Of a stretch of DNA of 64,000 nucleotides, positions 7,889-18,590 are shown piece after piece. Origin of the DNA: Dehalococcoidia bacterium (GTDB taxonomy: Bacteria > Chloroflexota > Dehalococcoidia > Lucifugimonadales > UBA3495); the NCBI GenBank assembly GCA_965249145.1, contig OZ252223.1, positions 2,121,757 through 2,185,756 of the forward strand, in the 5' to 3' direction. Below the pieces are notes generated by a model. That model saw only the letters and a list, made by a program, of their open reading frames with translations. It was not told the origin of the DNA and searched no databases. The position numbers and the translations under genes are program-made. Each line of letters opens with the position of its first letter. Position 1 is the first letter of the stretch.

Positions 7889-8672
7889 TCTGGAAGTGGT
7901 TGTGGCGCTGGCGCTCCATCTCCTCCACGTAAGCGCGTTGCCCTCGGAGCGCCTCGGCCATCAACGGGTGTTGCTCCCGCAGGTTGGGGAAGTCATCCTC
8001 TCCGATCTCTAGCAGGAAGGGCGTGGTGTTGCCCTCGACGTTGTACAGTGGGCTCGCTTCTCTCGCGTGATCCAAGGACGATAGGAACGCCTCTTGCCGT
8101 TCAGGCGGAGCATTGGTAACGTCGAAAACCCCGCTGACCGGGAAACATCCCTTGATGACGTCGGGCGGCAGTCCCTTCGCCTCCAGTGCGCTGGTCTGTA
8201 GCGTGACCATGGCGGCCAGATGCCCTCCAGCGGAGTGGCCGCCGACGAACAGCCGGGACGGGTCGCCGCCGTACCCGGCAATGTTCGCGTAGACCCATTT
8301 CAGTGCCTCGCGGCAGTCGTCCACCGGCAGGGGGTACTTTGCGCCGGGGGCCAATCGGTAGCCAGCGGACACGAATAGGGCTGGAGCGTTGGTCAAAGAG
8401 GGTGCCATGAAGCCGAGCAGGTCCTTGTGCCCAATGACCCAATAGCCGCCGTGCATGAACATTAGGACTGGCGCCGGAGTTAATGGAGTCGATTCGGGGA
8501 GGTAAACATCGAGTTTTTGACGCTCGTCGGGCCCGTAGGGGATGTTTAGTTCGCAACGGGTCTTCTCCCGCACGTCGTCGGACCAAGCCATCGCCTGCTC
8601 CAAATAGTCACCAGCGCCAGGTGAAGGGGCGGGTATTGGGCTGCTCTCCGTAACCATCTCTCCCTCAACCAT
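7812..8672 (-). CDS. alpha/beta hydrolase (esterase/formamidase-like)
   Basis: HGGYW oxyanion motif and GHSAGGHLA nucleophile elbow. Confidence 0.75.
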   Translation of the reverse strand: MVEGEMVTESSPIPAPSPGAGDYLEQAMAWSDDVREKTRCELNIPYGPDERQKLDVYLPESTPLTPAPVLMFMHGGYWVIGHKDLLGFMAPSLTNAPALFVSAGYRLAPGAKYPLPVDDCREALKWVYANIAGYGGDPSRLFVGGHSAGGHLAAMVTLQTSALEAKGLPPDVIKGCFPVSGVFDVTNAPPERQEAFLSSLDHAREASPLYNVEGNTTPFLLEIGEDDFPNLREQHPLMAEALRGQRAYVEEMERQRHNHFQISLDHANVESPWTCRVREWMTRPPG

Positions 8673-8705
8673 CTTGCCCTTTTTGGGGATGCTATTCTAA
8701 CACCC

Positions 8706-9467
8706 ATGGTGGTGCATTCCATGGTCGACCGCTACCGGCAGGCCCGCAGGGACCGGGCCTTGGTCGTGCTCGACGGTATCCATCCTCTCAAGCATGCGCT
8801 ACGGTTTGGTGCGGCTATGGTGGAGGCGGTCGGCCCCGACTTGGAGCGTGTGCGAAATCTGGCGGACGAGTTCGCACCCGACGTGGCGGACACCATCCTG
8901 GGCCTGGTCGCACCAGTGGATGCCGAGACGTTCAGGCAACTGTCGCCCGTAGCGCCCGACACCGGCGTAGTGGCGATCGCCCAGCGGCCGGCGTTCTCGG
9001 CGCGAGAAATAATTTGGGATAGGAACGGGTTGGTGGTGTTGCTGGAGAATCCGCGCAACCCGTTCAACATCGGGGCCGCGGTCCGGGTGGCTGCGGCCGC
9101 CGGCGCGACCGGTCTCGTGACCACCGGGCCGCAGGACCCGTGGCATCCGGCGTCTGTCGTCTCCGCCGCCGGGCTGCAATTCGCACTGTCAGTGGCCCGC
9201 GCCGAGTCCCTTGAGCACGCTGGCCTACCCGACGGCCGGACTCTCGCGGTCTTGGACCAGAGAGGCGAGACAATGCCTTGGGCTCCGGTACCTGCCGACG
9301 CGGTGGTGGCCTTTGGGACCGAGCGCCGGGGCGCCAGCGCGGGGCTTTTGGCTAGGGCCAACCGGCGGCTCGCCATCCCGATGAGAGCTGGGGTTTCCAG
9401 CCTGAATTTGGCCACCGCGGTCGCCGTTGCGCTTTATTCTCTCAAGACCGGCGGAGACGCCGCTTAA
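8706..9467 (+). CDS. TrmH/SpoU-family RNA 2'-O-methyltransferase
   Basis: LLENPRNPFNIGAAVRVAAAAG, FGTERRG and SSLNLATAVAVALY motifs. Confidence 0.8.
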   Translation: MVVHSMVDRYRQARRDRALVVLDGIHPLKHALRFGAAMVEAVGPDLERVRNLADEFAPDVADTILGLVAPVDAETFRQLSPVAPDTGVVAIAQRPAFSAREIIWDRNGLVVLLENPRNPFNIGAAVRVAAAAGATGLVTTGPQDPWHPASVVSAAGLQFALSVARAESLEHAGLPDGRTLAVLDQRGETMPWAPVPADAVVAFGTERRGASAGLLARANRRLAIPMRAGVSSLNLATAVAVALYSLKTGGDAA

Positions 9468-9579
9468 TCGATTTAGTCACGGTTTTACCTATTCCAACCA
9501 TGTGATATTCTTTATATTATCCGCTTTTCTCTCGTCTGCTCACGGTTTAGTTGGGGGGCGCCGTCAAGGGAGGTGAAGT

Positions 9580-10635
9580 TTGACCGCCCTGTGGACATTC
9601 AGGGCTCTGGGCGCCGTAGGTCTGGGGGCTCTCGGCTGGTGGGTTAGTTACAGTATTTCTGCTTTGCCCCCGAACGGGGCATTTCTTCCCTGGGGGCTGG
9701 TCTTCACCTTGGCGGGAGTTGTGATCGGCGGTGTCGCCACCCCCTTCGTCACCCTCAAACCAGGGCGTAGGCTTGCCGACCACATCGCCGCTATGCCGGG
9801 TCCAACGCTGTTGGCCTCGGTCGCCGGTCTGCTCATCGGTCTGGTGGTGGCGGCGTTGGTCTCTATCCCGCTCTACACCATTGGTGGTTGGGCGAGTTGG
9901 ATCGCGCCCATTGTGGTTAGCCTGGCGCTGGGGAGCGCTGGACTTTGGTTGGGCGCACAGCGGGGCCAAGACATCCGGGGAATCGTGCCCGGATTCGACC
10001 GCGGCGCCGCGCCCGAGGCCGGTGCGAGCTCCGCCCGCAACGGTACGATTCTGGTCGATACTAGCGCAATCATCGACGGCCGCATCGCCGACCTCAGCAT
10101 AACCGGCTTCTTGGAGGGCTCCTTGGTGGTGCCGCAATTCATCCTCGACGAACTGCGGCACATCGCCGACTCCAGCGACCCACTTCGCCGCAACCGAGGC
10201 CGCCGGGGACTAGAGGTGCTCCAAAGGCTTGGCAAAGACGAGAACGTGCCCCTTCAGGTGTTGGACGTGGGGCTGGAGAACGGCTTGGAAGTGGATGCCC
10301 GGCTGGTGCAACTAGCTCGAAGCATGAAGTCATCGATCCTGACGACCGACTACAACCTGAACCGGGTCGCGGAGATCCAGGGCATACAAGTCCTGAATGT
10401 AAACGAGCTGGCCAACGCGCTGAAGTCCATCGTACTGCCGGGCGAGGATATGCGGGTCAACATCGTGCAGGAGGGCAAGGAGGCCGGGCAGGGCGTGGCC
10501 TACTTGGACGACGGCACGATGGTGGTAATCGAGGGCGGCCGACGTTACATCAACACTTTCCATGACGTCACAGTAACGAGAGTGTTACAGACTGCCGCCG
10601 GGCGCATCATTTTCGCCCAACCCAAGGCCGGCTAA
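9580..10635 (+). CDS. PIN/TRAM-domain membrane-anchored protein (YacL-like)
   Basis: N-terminal TM helices, a PIN core (ILVDTSAIIDGRI...VPQFILDELRHIADS...ILTTDYNLN) and a C-terminal TRAM-like barrel. GGAGGTG RBS before the TTG start. Confidence 0.85.
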   Translation: MTALWTFRALGAVGLGALGWWVSYSISALPPNGAFLPWGLVFTLAGVVIGGVATPFVTLKPGRRLADHIAAMPGPTLLASVAGLLIGLVVAALVSIPLYTIGGWASWIAPIVVSLALGSAGLWLGAQRGQDIRGIVPGFDRGAAPEAGASSARNGTILVDTSAIIDGRIADLSITGFLEGSLVVPQFILDELRHIADSSDPLRRNRGRRGLEVLQRLGKDENVPLQVLDVGLENGLEVDARLVQLARSMKSSILTTDYNLNRVAEIQGIQVLNVNELANALKSIVLPGEDMRVNIVQEGKEAGQGVAYLDDGTMVVIEGGRRYINTFHDVTVTRVLQTAAGRIIFAQPKAG

Positions 10636-10638
10636 CCG

Positions 10639-11340
10639 GTGTCGACGCCAGGCAGTCCGCGCCCCGGCAGCCTTGGGGTGGTGGTGGTCGCCGCTGGCCG
10701 CAGCACCCGTATGGGCGGTGTCGACAAGACCTTCGCCCCAGTGTTGGGCCTGCCGCTAATCGCTCATACTTTGGAGCGCTTCGAATGGTTCGCGCCGGTG
10801 GATGAGATTGCGCTCGTGCTTGCCGAGAGCGCCTTGGACTCCGGACGGGAGTTGGTGAAGTCCCGAGGGTACCGCAAGGTGGGCCACGTTTGCGCCGGAG
10901 GCGAACGCCGCCAAGACTCGGTGCGCAACGGGTTAGAGCGCCTGTCTCCCTGCGAGTTGGTGATGGTGCACGACGGCGCGCGCCCCTGCTTGGACGAGGG
11001 CGTGCTGGAGCGAGCGTTATTCGCGGCGCGGGACGGCGGAGCGGCGGTGGCCGGGGTGCCGGTGAAGGACACCATCAAGCGGGTCTCCAGCGACGGCTGG
11101 GTGGAAGAGACCCCTGATCGCTCCCTCCTCTGGGCCGCTCAAACCCCCCAGGTTTTCAGCTACGACCTGCTGATGCGGGCCCACCTCGCCTACGCCGACA
11201 CCGTCACCGACGACGCGGCGATGGTGGAGTCGCTGGGTCATCCGGTGCGGATGTTCGAGGGTTCCTACGAGAATATCAAAGTCACCACGGCCGACGACCT
11301 GATCATCGCTGAGTCCTTTCTGCGGGCCCGGTCTCACTGA
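10639..11340 (+). CDS. ispD: 2-C-methyl-D-erythritol 4-phosphate cytidylyltransferase
   Basis: VVVAAGRSTRMG...DKTF, HDGARP and VPVKDTIK motifs. Sits adjacent to ispF. Confidence 0.9.
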   Translation: MSTPGSPRPGSLGVVVVAAGRSTRMGGVDKTFAPVLGLPLIAHTLERFEWFAPVDEIALVLAESALDSGRELVKSRGYRKVGHVCAGGERRQDSVRNGLERLSPCELVMVHDGARPCLDEGVLERALFAARDGGAAVAGVPVKDTIKRVSSDGWVEETPDRSLLWAAQTPQVFSYDLLMRAHLAYADTVTDDAAMVESLGHPVRMFEGSYENIKVTTADDLIIAESFLRARSH

Positions 11341-11341
11341 C

Positions 11342-11824
11342 TTGGATTTCCGCGTCGGCATCGGCTTCGACTCTCATCCGCTCACCGAGGGCCGAAGGTT
11401 GGTGCTCGGCGGGGTGGAAATCCCGAACGGCCGTGGACTGTCTGGGCACAGTGACGGCGATGTGCTGGTTCACGCCGTGATGGACGCCCTGCTGGGCGCG
11501 GCGAACTTGGGTGACAAAGGGCAATACTTCCCGTCCGGCGACCAGCAATACAAGGACATTTCCAGCCTGATACTGCTGGAACGGGTGGCCGCGCTGCTGA
11601 GCGAGGCCGGTTGGCGGGTGTCAAACGTGGATGCTACAATGTTGGCGCAAAATCCCAGGCTGAGCCCCTTCATTCCGAGCATGAAGGAGCGGGCCGCCAA
11701 GGCGCTTTCCCTGCCCGTTGGCCGCGTGAGCATCAAGGCTACCACCACCGATCACCTTGGGTTCGTGGGCCGGGCGGAAGGCATTGCGGCCTGCGCGGTT
11801 GCCTCGATTGTTTCGGACGACTAA
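11342..11824 (+). CDS. ispF: 2-C-methyl-D-erythritol 2,4-cyclodiphosphate synthase
   Basis: RVGIGFDSH...GHSDGDVLVHAVMDALLGA...GDKG motifs; 160 aa. Confidence 0.9.
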   Translation: MDFRVGIGFDSHPLTEGRRLVLGGVEIPNGRGLSGHSDGDVLVHAVMDALLGAANLGDKGQYFPSGDQQYKDISSLILLERVAALLSEAGWRVSNVDATMLAQNPRLSPFIPSMKERAAKALSLPVGRVSIKATTTDHLGFVGRAEGIAACAVASIVSDD

Positions 11825-11832
11825 ACCAGACG

Positions 11833-13215
11833 ATGAAGCTGTATAACACCCTAACTGGCGAGACCTCCGAATTCGCCCCCGCCGACGGTCACACCGTGAG
11901 GATGTACGTCTGCGGTGTTACTCCCTATTCCTCGACCCATGTCGGCCACGCCCTTAGCTACGTCGCATTCGATACCCTGCGCCGGTACCTGGAGTACCTG
12001 GGCTTCGAAGTCCGCCACATTCAGAACTTCACCGATGTGGACGACAAGATCATCGCCCGGGCCCAAGAACAGGGCATCAGCCCCGACGAACTGGCCGAGG
12101 AGTTCATCGAAGATTTCTTTCGGACGATGGACGCCCTGAATATCCAGCGGGCCCACGTCTATCCCCGGGCCACCCAGGAGATCGGCCCCATCCTGGACAC
12201 GATCGGCACGTTGGTCGACGAGGGCTACGCCTACGCCGTCGGCGGCGATGTCTATTTCCGGGTGGAGAGGAGCGAGGACTACGGCAAGCTGAGCCATCGC
12301 ACCCTGGAGGGGATGCAAGCGGGCATCCGGGTGGAGATCGACGAGAACAAAGAGCACCCGATGGACTTCGCGCTCTGGAAGGGCGCGCGCTCCGGTGAGC
12401 CATCGTGGGACAGCCCTTGGGGTCCGGGACGCCCTGGCTGGCATATCGAGTGCTCCAGCATGTCGATGACCTACCTAGGCGAGACCCTCGACATCCACGG
12501 CGGCGGCCAGGACCTGGTCTTTCCCCACCACGAGAACGAGATCGCCCAGAGCGAGGCTTCCACTGGCGTGACCCCCTTCTCGCGCTATTGGGTGCATAAC
12601 GGTCTGCTACGGTTGGGCGAAGACAAGATGAGCAAGTCGCTGGGAAACTTGGTGTCGGTGGAAGACGCCTTGGCCCGCTACTCGCCAGACGCGATGCGGA
12701 TGTATTTTCTGAGCTCCCACTACCGCAGTCCTCTCAGCTACACCGATGAGGGATGCGCCGCCATGGAACGCAGCCTGGAACGGTTACGGAACGCGCTGCG
12801 CTCCTCCAACGGCGCCGACGAGCGTCCGGTGGACGCGGCGCCGTTCCAGGACCAGTTCGTCCAAGCAATGGACGACGACCTGAACACCCCAAGGGCGTTG
12901 GCGTCGCTGTTCGACTTGGCCCGCGAGATAAACCGGGGAAAGGACGTGGGCCGGCCCGTGGATGCCGCGCAGCACCGCTTGCGGCGGCTCGGCGGCATTC
13001 TTGGACTGACCTTCGAGGAACGTTCATCGGCGGGTAGCGGCTATCAGCTTAGTGTCGGCCCGTTCATCGACCTCTTGCTGGAGACGCGAGCACAGTTGCG
13101 CCAGGCAAAGCAGTACGAGCAGGCCGACCGGATTCGGGAAGGGCTGGAACAGCGCGGGGTGGTGGTGGAGGACACCGCCAACGGCCCGGTCTGGGAATTC
13201 CGCCCCACTGTCTGA
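11833..13215 (+). CDS. cysS: cysteine--tRNA ligase
   Basis: MKLYNTLTG..., [14 protein letters not shown] (HIGH), KMSKSLGN (KMSKS) and WHIECS. ATG at 11833 is chosen over the long upstream ORF extension that overlaps ispF. Confidence 0.95.
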   Translation: MKLYNTLTGETSEFAPADGHTVRMYVCGVTPYSSTHVGHALSYVAFDTLRRYLEYLGFEVRHIQNFTDVDDKIIARAQEQGISPDELAEEFIEDFFRTMDALNIQRAHVYPRATQEIGPILDTIGTLVDEGYAYAVGGDVYFRVERSEDYGKLSHRTLEGMQAGIRVEIDENKEHPMDFALWKGARSGEPSWDSPWGPGRPGWHIECSSMSMTYLGETLDIHGGGQDLVFPHHENEIAQSEASTGVTPFSRYWVHNGLLRLGEDKMSKSLGNLVSVEDALARYSPDAMRMYFLSSHYRSPLSYTDEGCAAMERSLERLRNALRSSNGADERPVDAAPFQDQFVQAMDDDLNTPRALASLFDLAREINRGKDVGRPVDAAQHRLRRLGGILGLTFEERSSAGSGYQLSVGPFIDLLLETRAQLRQAKQYEQADRIREGLEQRGVVVEDTANGPVWEFRPTV

Positions 13216-13219
13216 CAGT

Positions 13220-14620
13220 TTGGCTGACGCTCTTCCTGCTCCGCTGGTAGAATCTCTGGCCCGCATCGTCGGGCCGAACAACGTCCTGACCGATCCCTTC
13301 GACCTCGACTGCTACACCGGCGACGCCCTCTCCCCCACCAGGGCCTACGGCAACGAGGCCGTTTTCGAGCGCCTGGCCGACGTCGTGGTGCGTCCTGGCT
13401 CCACCGGCGAGGTCGCTGAGACAGTGCGCTTCGCCAACGATCATCGCCTTCCCATCATCCCCTACGGCGGCGGCACCGGTGTCATGGGCGGCACGGTCCC
13501 AGTCCGGGGAGGCATCGTCCTAGATATGGGCCGCATGAGCCGAATTTTGGCGGTCAACCCCCAAGACCTGACCGCCGACGCCGAGGGTGGGGTGGTTCTG
13601 GGCGATTTGGAAGCGGCGCTGCTCGAATACGGGCTGATGATCGGCCACGACCCCTACAGTGTGCCCATCGCCACCGTCGCCGGTACCATCTCCACCAATG
13701 GCGTCGGCTACCGGGCCAGTGCCCACGGGCCAATGGGAGAGCAGGTGGTGGGCTTGGAGGCGGTGTTGCCCGACGGCCGGGTAATCACCACCCGCAGCGT
13801 TCCAAAATATTCCGCTGGCCCCAACCTGAACCACCTGTTCATCGGCGCCGAGGGGGCCTTCGGCGTCATCACCCGCGCCACCATTCGGGTCTTCCGGCTT
13901 CCCGAGAGCCGCCAGTTCGCCAGTTTCGGCTTCGATTCCTTCGAGCAGGGATTCGGGGCGGTTACCGAGATGCTGGCCTTGGGCATCAAGCCCACTCTCC
14001 TCGACTTGACCGAGGAGGACGATGGTATCACTCTGCACCTGCTCTTCGAGGGATTCGACGAAGGAGTAGCCGCCAACCACGGGCGGGCCAAGCAGGTCTG
14101 CGGCGCGGCTGGCGGACAGTTCCTGGGGACCGGGCCCACCGAAGAATACTGGGAGGTGCGGCGCGACTCGGCAATCAACTACCGGGCCACCGCACTGGGG
14201 CGGCCCCGCAGCGTACGCTGGAGCCGCTGGCGCAGCCGCCGGGGTTTCGATTACCTGCACCTGGCCCTGCCCGTTTCCAAGGTGCTGGAGTACCGCCGTC
14301 AGGCCGACCTGATCATGGCCGAGGGCGGGATAAAGTCGGTGGAGTACGCTATTTGGGGGCGGCCCGAGCAATTCTCGATGCTGATAACTCCTGAAACTGG
14401 CGAGGGGGCTGAGGCCCGGGAACGCTTGGCCAAGACCGTCGACCAGGTCCTCCGGCTGGGGCAGGACATGGGAGGCACGATGGAGTACTGCCACGGCGTC
14501 GGCGTCAAACTGGTGCACCTGCTGGCCAGGGAACTGGGCGTGGGCCACGAGGTGGTGCAGGACCTCAAACGCACCCTCGACCCCAACGGCATAATGAACC
14601 CAGGCAAGCTGGCTCTCTAG
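13220..14620 (+). CDS. FAD-linked oxidase (GlcD / FAD_binding_4 family)
   Basis: PGSTGEVAETVRFANDHRLPIIPYGGGTGVMGG plus a C-terminal HGVG...LDPNGIMNPGKL. The start is tentative: in-frame TTG just after the cysS stop. Confidence 0.8.
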   Translation: MADALPAPLVESLARIVGPNNVLTDPFDLDCYTGDALSPTRAYGNEAVFERLADVVVRPGSTGEVAETVRFANDHRLPIIPYGGGTGVMGGTVPVRGGIVLDMGRMSRILAVNPQDLTADAEGGVVLGDLEAALLEYGLMIGHDPYSVPIATVAGTISTNGVGYRASAHGPMGEQVVGLEAVLPDGRVITTRSVPKYSAGPNLNHLFIGAEGAFGVITRATIRVFRLPESRQFASFGFDSFEQGFGAVTEMLALGIKPTLLDLTEEDDGITLHLLFEGFDEGVAANHGRAKQVCGAAGGQFLGTGPTEEYWEVRRDSAINYRATALGRPRSVRWSRWRSRRGFDYLHLALPVSKVLEYRRQADLIMAEGGIKSVEYAIWGRPEQFSMLITPETGEGAEARERLAKTVDQVLRLGQDMGGTMEYCHGVGVKLVHLLARELGVGHEVVQDLKRTLDPNGIMNPGKLAL

Positions 14621-14622
14621 TC

Positions 14623-15680
14623 ATGCAGTTCGGTCTGCAATTCTTCCCCGACGTTTCGCCAGCCCAAAAGTCGGGCCAGCAGTATTGGAACGAGTGCTTG
14701 GACCTGGTCGACCTGTGCGACGAGTTGGGCTACACGCAAGTCCGAACGGTGGAGCACTACTTCGAGTCCTACGGCGGGTACAGCCCGGCCCCGCACCTGT
14801 TCCTCACCGCTGCCTCGCAGCGCTCCAAGCATGCCAGGCTGCTCACTGGCGCAGTGTTGCCGGTGTTCAACCATCCGCTGAAGATTGCTGGCGAGATTGG
14901 AATGCTGGACGCCATCTCCGATGGGCGTTTGGACTGTGGGTTCGGGCGGGCCTTTCTCCCCAACGAGTTCCAGCGGTTCGAGCGGTCGTTGGACGAAAGC
15001 CGGGCCCGTTTCGACGAGGGTGTCGAGGCGGTCCGGCGCTTATTGGAAGAGGAAAATGTGACCTTCGAGGGGCAGTTTCCCGCTTCAAGAATGTAACTTC
15101 CCTGCCCCGGCCCACCCAACTCCCCAAGCCTCCCTTCTGGACGGCGGCCCTCGGAACGCCGGAATCGTTACGGCTGGCCGGGCAACGGGGCCACAACCTG
15201 ATGCTGGTGCCCTTCGCCGGGCCCCAGATGCGGGCCCCAATAGAGACCTATCGAGATGCTTGGGCCGAGGCGGGGCATCCGGGCTCCGGGAAGATTGCCT
15301 TGGGCTTCCACATGTTCTGCCACCAAGACCGGGAAGAGGCCTACCGTATCGCCGGGCCCAACATCGACGCGTATTTCAAGTCTCTGATAGCTGCCTCTGA
15401 GTTGGACGCTGGCTGGGGCGCGGGCGCTTCCTCGAAAGACTACCCCGATTACGACAGCAACATGGACCGCCTACGGGCCGCCAGTTTCGAGTCGTTGTTG
15501 GGGAGCGGTACGGTCTGGGTTGGGACGCCCGAAGACGTCAAGCAGCAAATCGCTTCCTACAATGGAGCCGTTGGCGGCTTTGACTACGCTTCGCTGCAAG
15601 TGAACTTCAACCAGATCACCAAAGAGCAAGCCGAGTCCTCCATGCGCCTTTTCGCCGAGGTAATTCACGCCTTCCGTTAG
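14623..15680 (+). pseudogene. luciferase-like (LLM-class) flavin-dependent oxidoreductase split by a 1-nt frameshift
   Basis: ORFs 14623-15096 and 14685-15680 join as ...VTFEGQF/RFKNVTSLPRPTQ... at the T3C3 run 15076-15081. Confidence 0.75.
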
Positions 15681-15685
15681 CATCG

Positions 15686-17161
15686 TCAACGGAGGCCGCG
15701 GGCCAGACGGTCCACCACGCCCTCGAGGACCGTCACGGCGTGGCCCAACGGGATGGGGTCGAGATGGTCTACCGTGTCCACCGGAGTGTTGATATACGAG
15801 AGGTCATCCGCGTACAGGGCCAGGACGTCTACTCCAGCATACTGAAACGGGAGATGGTCGGAACCAAGGGTTCCCAAGCCCCTTCGCACCGGTAGCTCAA
15901 TCCCCAGAGATTCGGCGACATCGCGAGCGACGTTAAGCATGGTTCCCGTTGCGATGGCCGCTATGTTGCCGGTCCCGACCGAATCTATGTTGAGCATTGC
16001 CAGAATCCGCGACCGCTCGGCATTCGCCAGCGTATGCACGTAGTGAAAGCTGCCGTTTAGCCCGGTCTCCTCCGCGCCGAAGAGCACGAGCCGCAGATCG
16101 AAGGGCAATTGATCGTCCGCCAATTCTTCGGCGAGCGCCAGCACCACTGCGACCCCGGTGCCATTGTCGTTGGCACCGGGAGAGTTGGGCGTGGTGTCGT
16201 AGTGGGCCCCGATCACCAGCACCTGGTCCCCGTCGATACCGTTTTCGAATTCAGCTATCACGTTTCTGGAAACTCTGGCTTCCTGGTTCGGATTGATTAT
16301 TTCCACATCAGTATTGGTGCCTGAATCGATGGCTCGCTCCAGCGGCTCCGCCTGTTCCGGCACGATGGCAACCGCTGGAATGTCCGAAGTCCCGGACATG
16401 CGTTCGAAGAAGTTTCTTTGCCGGACTACCACGACCGCCGCCGCACCGGCTTCGGTGGCCCGAGCGACTGCCTCGTCGAGGCTCAGCGGTCCTTGTTGGG
16501 CGAGAGCTATCTTGCCAGCAACGTCGATCGGCGTGGAACCTGGGGGAGCAGCCAGATCTATCAGGACGAACTCGCCTCGCACCGTTCTCTCCTTGCCCGT
16601 GAGAGAACCCGGATCCAAGGGCATCGCGAACATACGGACGACGTCAGGGCGCGGGTCGGGTTCGGTTGGGTGTCCAAAGGGGACCCACGACATGGGCACC
16701 GCCAAGCGTGCAGCGCCGAACAATTCCACCGCATCGAAGGGCTGAATCTCAACCTGGTAGCCGATGCGGGTTAACCTCTCGGCTAGCAACTGGGCCGCGG
16801 CCATTTCCTGACCGGTGGCGCTCTCCCGGGGGCTCAGCTCCGCCGCCAACGATAGCGTGGTATTCCAAGCGCGGTCGGCGAGGCTGTTGCCGTCTGCGTC
16901 TGGGGCCGCAGTCTGGACCACAGTTACCGGCGGAGTCGTGGGAGCTGCGAGGACGGCGGCGGTGGCCGTCGGCTTAGCATTGGGCGCTGGCGGAGCTACA
17001 GTCGGAGTAATGGGTGCGGCGGAGGGCGTTGGTGAGGGAGCGGTCTGGGCCCCCGGGGTTGCCTGTTGCCCGCCGCAACCAACGAGCAGGGAAACGAAGA
17101 CCAGGGTCGCCGCGACGGAAGCAGCCCGCCAATACCTATATATACGAATACTCATATTCAT
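15686..17161 (-). CDS. M28-family aminopeptidase lipoprotein with PA domain
   Basis: Lipobox LLVGCGG, Pro/Ala/Thr linker, GAHYDT, NDNGTGVAVVLALAE and FGAEETGLNGS metal-ligand motifs. Confidence 0.8.
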   Translation of the reverse strand: MNMSIRIYRYWRAASVAATLVFVSLLVGCGGQQATPGAQTAPSPTPSAAPITPTVAPPAPNAKPTATAAVLAAPTTPPVTVVQTAAPDADGNSLADRAWNTTLSLAAELSPRESATGQEMAAAQLLAERLTRIGYQVEIQPFDAVELFGAARLAVPMSWVPFGHPTEPDPRPDVVRMFAMPLDPGSLTGKERTVRGEFVLIDLAAPPGSTPIDVAGKIALAQQGPLSLDEAVARATEAGAAAVVVVRQRNFFERMSGTSDIPAVAIVPEQAEPLERAIDSGTNTDVEIINPNQEARVSRNVIAEFENGIDGDQVLVIGAHYDTTPNSPGANDNGTGVAVVLALAEELADDQLPFDLRLVLFGAEETGLNGSFHYVHTLANAERSRILAMLNIDSVGTGNIAAIATGTMLNVARDVAESLGIELPVRRGLGTLGSDHLPFQYAGVDVLALYADDLSYINTPVDTVDHLDPIPLGHAVTVLEGVVDRLARGLR

Positions 17162-17260
17162 ACCATATGTGTTGACGTGATACTATCGTCTGTATATCAT
17201 ATTAGGTAATCAGACCGATAGATCGATATGTCAATCGACAATATAGGAGGACGGACGCAA

Positions 17261-17449
17261 GTGGTCACTGTTGGCGAAAGCATCCGAGAGGTCAAACATT
17301 CCGGTTCGCACTTGGTTCATCGCATGGAGACGGGATTCGTGGCGGTCTATGACTGGCTGACCGGTCCGGCAATGAGCGACCAGGAGCGCCTGCGGCGGTC
17401 GATCGCCGAGACTGAGCCGGTCCGACGCTTGGGCGGCATCGAGTACTAA
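17261..17449 (+). CDS. small hypothetical protein
   Basis: An AGGAGG RBS lies 9 nt before the in-frame GTG at 17261. A terminator hairpin lies downstream. No recognisable domain. Confidence 0.3.
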   Translation: MVTVGESIREVKHSGSHLVHRMETGFVAVYDWLTGPAMSDQERLRRSIAETEPVRRLGGIEY

Positions 17450-17480
17450 ACCCAGGTCTAACCACGGGCCTCAAACAAGA

Positions 17481-17508
17481 GGGGCACCCAATAAAGGGTG
17501 CCCCTTTC
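17481..17508. terminator. bidirectional terminator hairpin between convergent genes
   Basis: GGGGCACCC-AATAAA-GGGTGCCCC followed by TTTCG. Confidence 0.55.
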
Positions 17509-17536
17509 GCGTGTATCGACCCGGTGATGGTGGTCA

Positions 17537-18496
17537 CTAGAGCGGTAATTCCTGGCCGATCCCCTGCTCCACCGCTTTCCGGTAAACCAGTCCCGCAGCG
17601 GCAATGTCCTCCAAGGCGACCCCCATCGACTCGAACAGCGTAATCGATTCGGGGCCCGGACGGCCAACCGCCCTTCCCGCGACCAGGTCGCTCAACTCGC
17701 GCACGGAGCCCCAGCGGAACCTTCCCCGGCCTTCCGGCCAGATTAGGTCGCCGCACTCGATTTTGGCTTGTTCCAAGTCGTCGACGGCGATCACGTCCGA
17801 GCGCAGCACCGCCTCCTCGTCAATCTCCCGTCGCATCCAGTGATTGCCTCCGGCGGCGTTAATGTGGACACCCGGCGCCAGCCATTCTCCCTTAAGCACC
17901 GGCTCCCGGGCCGAAGTTATCACGACGACAATGTCGGCCCCGGCCACGCATTCCTCGGCGCTCTCAACGGCGCTGATGTCTATGCCAAGCCGTTCGGCGC
18001 TCCGGCTAGCAAACTCCTCGCGCCGTTCCTCCCGGCGGCTGAACACCCTGGCTTGACCCACACTACGGGCGGCGCACACCGCCTCCAACTGGGTGCGGGC
18101 CTGGAAGCCGGAGCCCAGCACCGCGACGGTCGAAGCGTCTTCCCGCGCCATGTACTTCGTGGCCAGCCCGCTGGCCGCACCGGTGCGTATCTGGCCCAGC
18201 CGTCCCGCCTCCAAGCACGCCAACAGCCCGCCGGTCTCGTAGTCGTAGAGCATCACCATCATCTTGGCTTGCGACGGGCCGCCGAAGGAAGGGTACGCTT
18301 TGTAGCCGAACATGCCCTGGGACCCGTCGGACGCGGCCATGAAGTGAAAGAACCCGCCCGGCATGGCGATACGGGAGCGGGGCTTGTTTTCCACCTGACC
18401 GGCCCCGGCGTGGGCAAAGGCTCGGTCCAGGGCGTCGATACATTCGTCCATCGGCAGGAGCTGGACCACTTCCTGCTCGTTGAGGAAAAGCGCCAT
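17537..18496 (-). CDS. ornithine cyclodeaminase / mu-crystallin family protein
   Basis: Rossmann motif VAVLGSGFQARTQLEAV and overall family-like sequence. The start is taken at MALFLNEQEV; 18514 is an alternative. Confidence 0.8.
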   Translation of the reverse strand: MALFLNEQEVVQLLPMDECIDALDRAFAHAGAGQVENKPRSRIAMPGGFFHFMAASDGSQGMFGYKAYPSFGGPSQAKMMVMLYDYETGGLLACLEAGRLGQIRTGAASGLATKYMAREDASTVAVLGSGFQARTQLEAVCAARSVGQARVFSRREERREEFASRSAERLGIDISAVESAEECVAGADIVVVITSAREPVLKGEWLAPGVHINAAGGNHWMRREIDEEAVLRSDVIAVDDLEQAKIECGDLIWPEGRGRFRWGSVRELSDLVAGRAVGRPGPESITLFESMGVALEDIAAAGLVYRKAVEQGIGQELPL

Positions 18497-18590
18497 CGGG
18501 TCCTCCGGTGTCATGGGATGTCGGGTGACGGATAAGTATAGCACCGGAGTGCTACAATTCCGGGAACATCGGACCAAAGGGGAGGCGCGT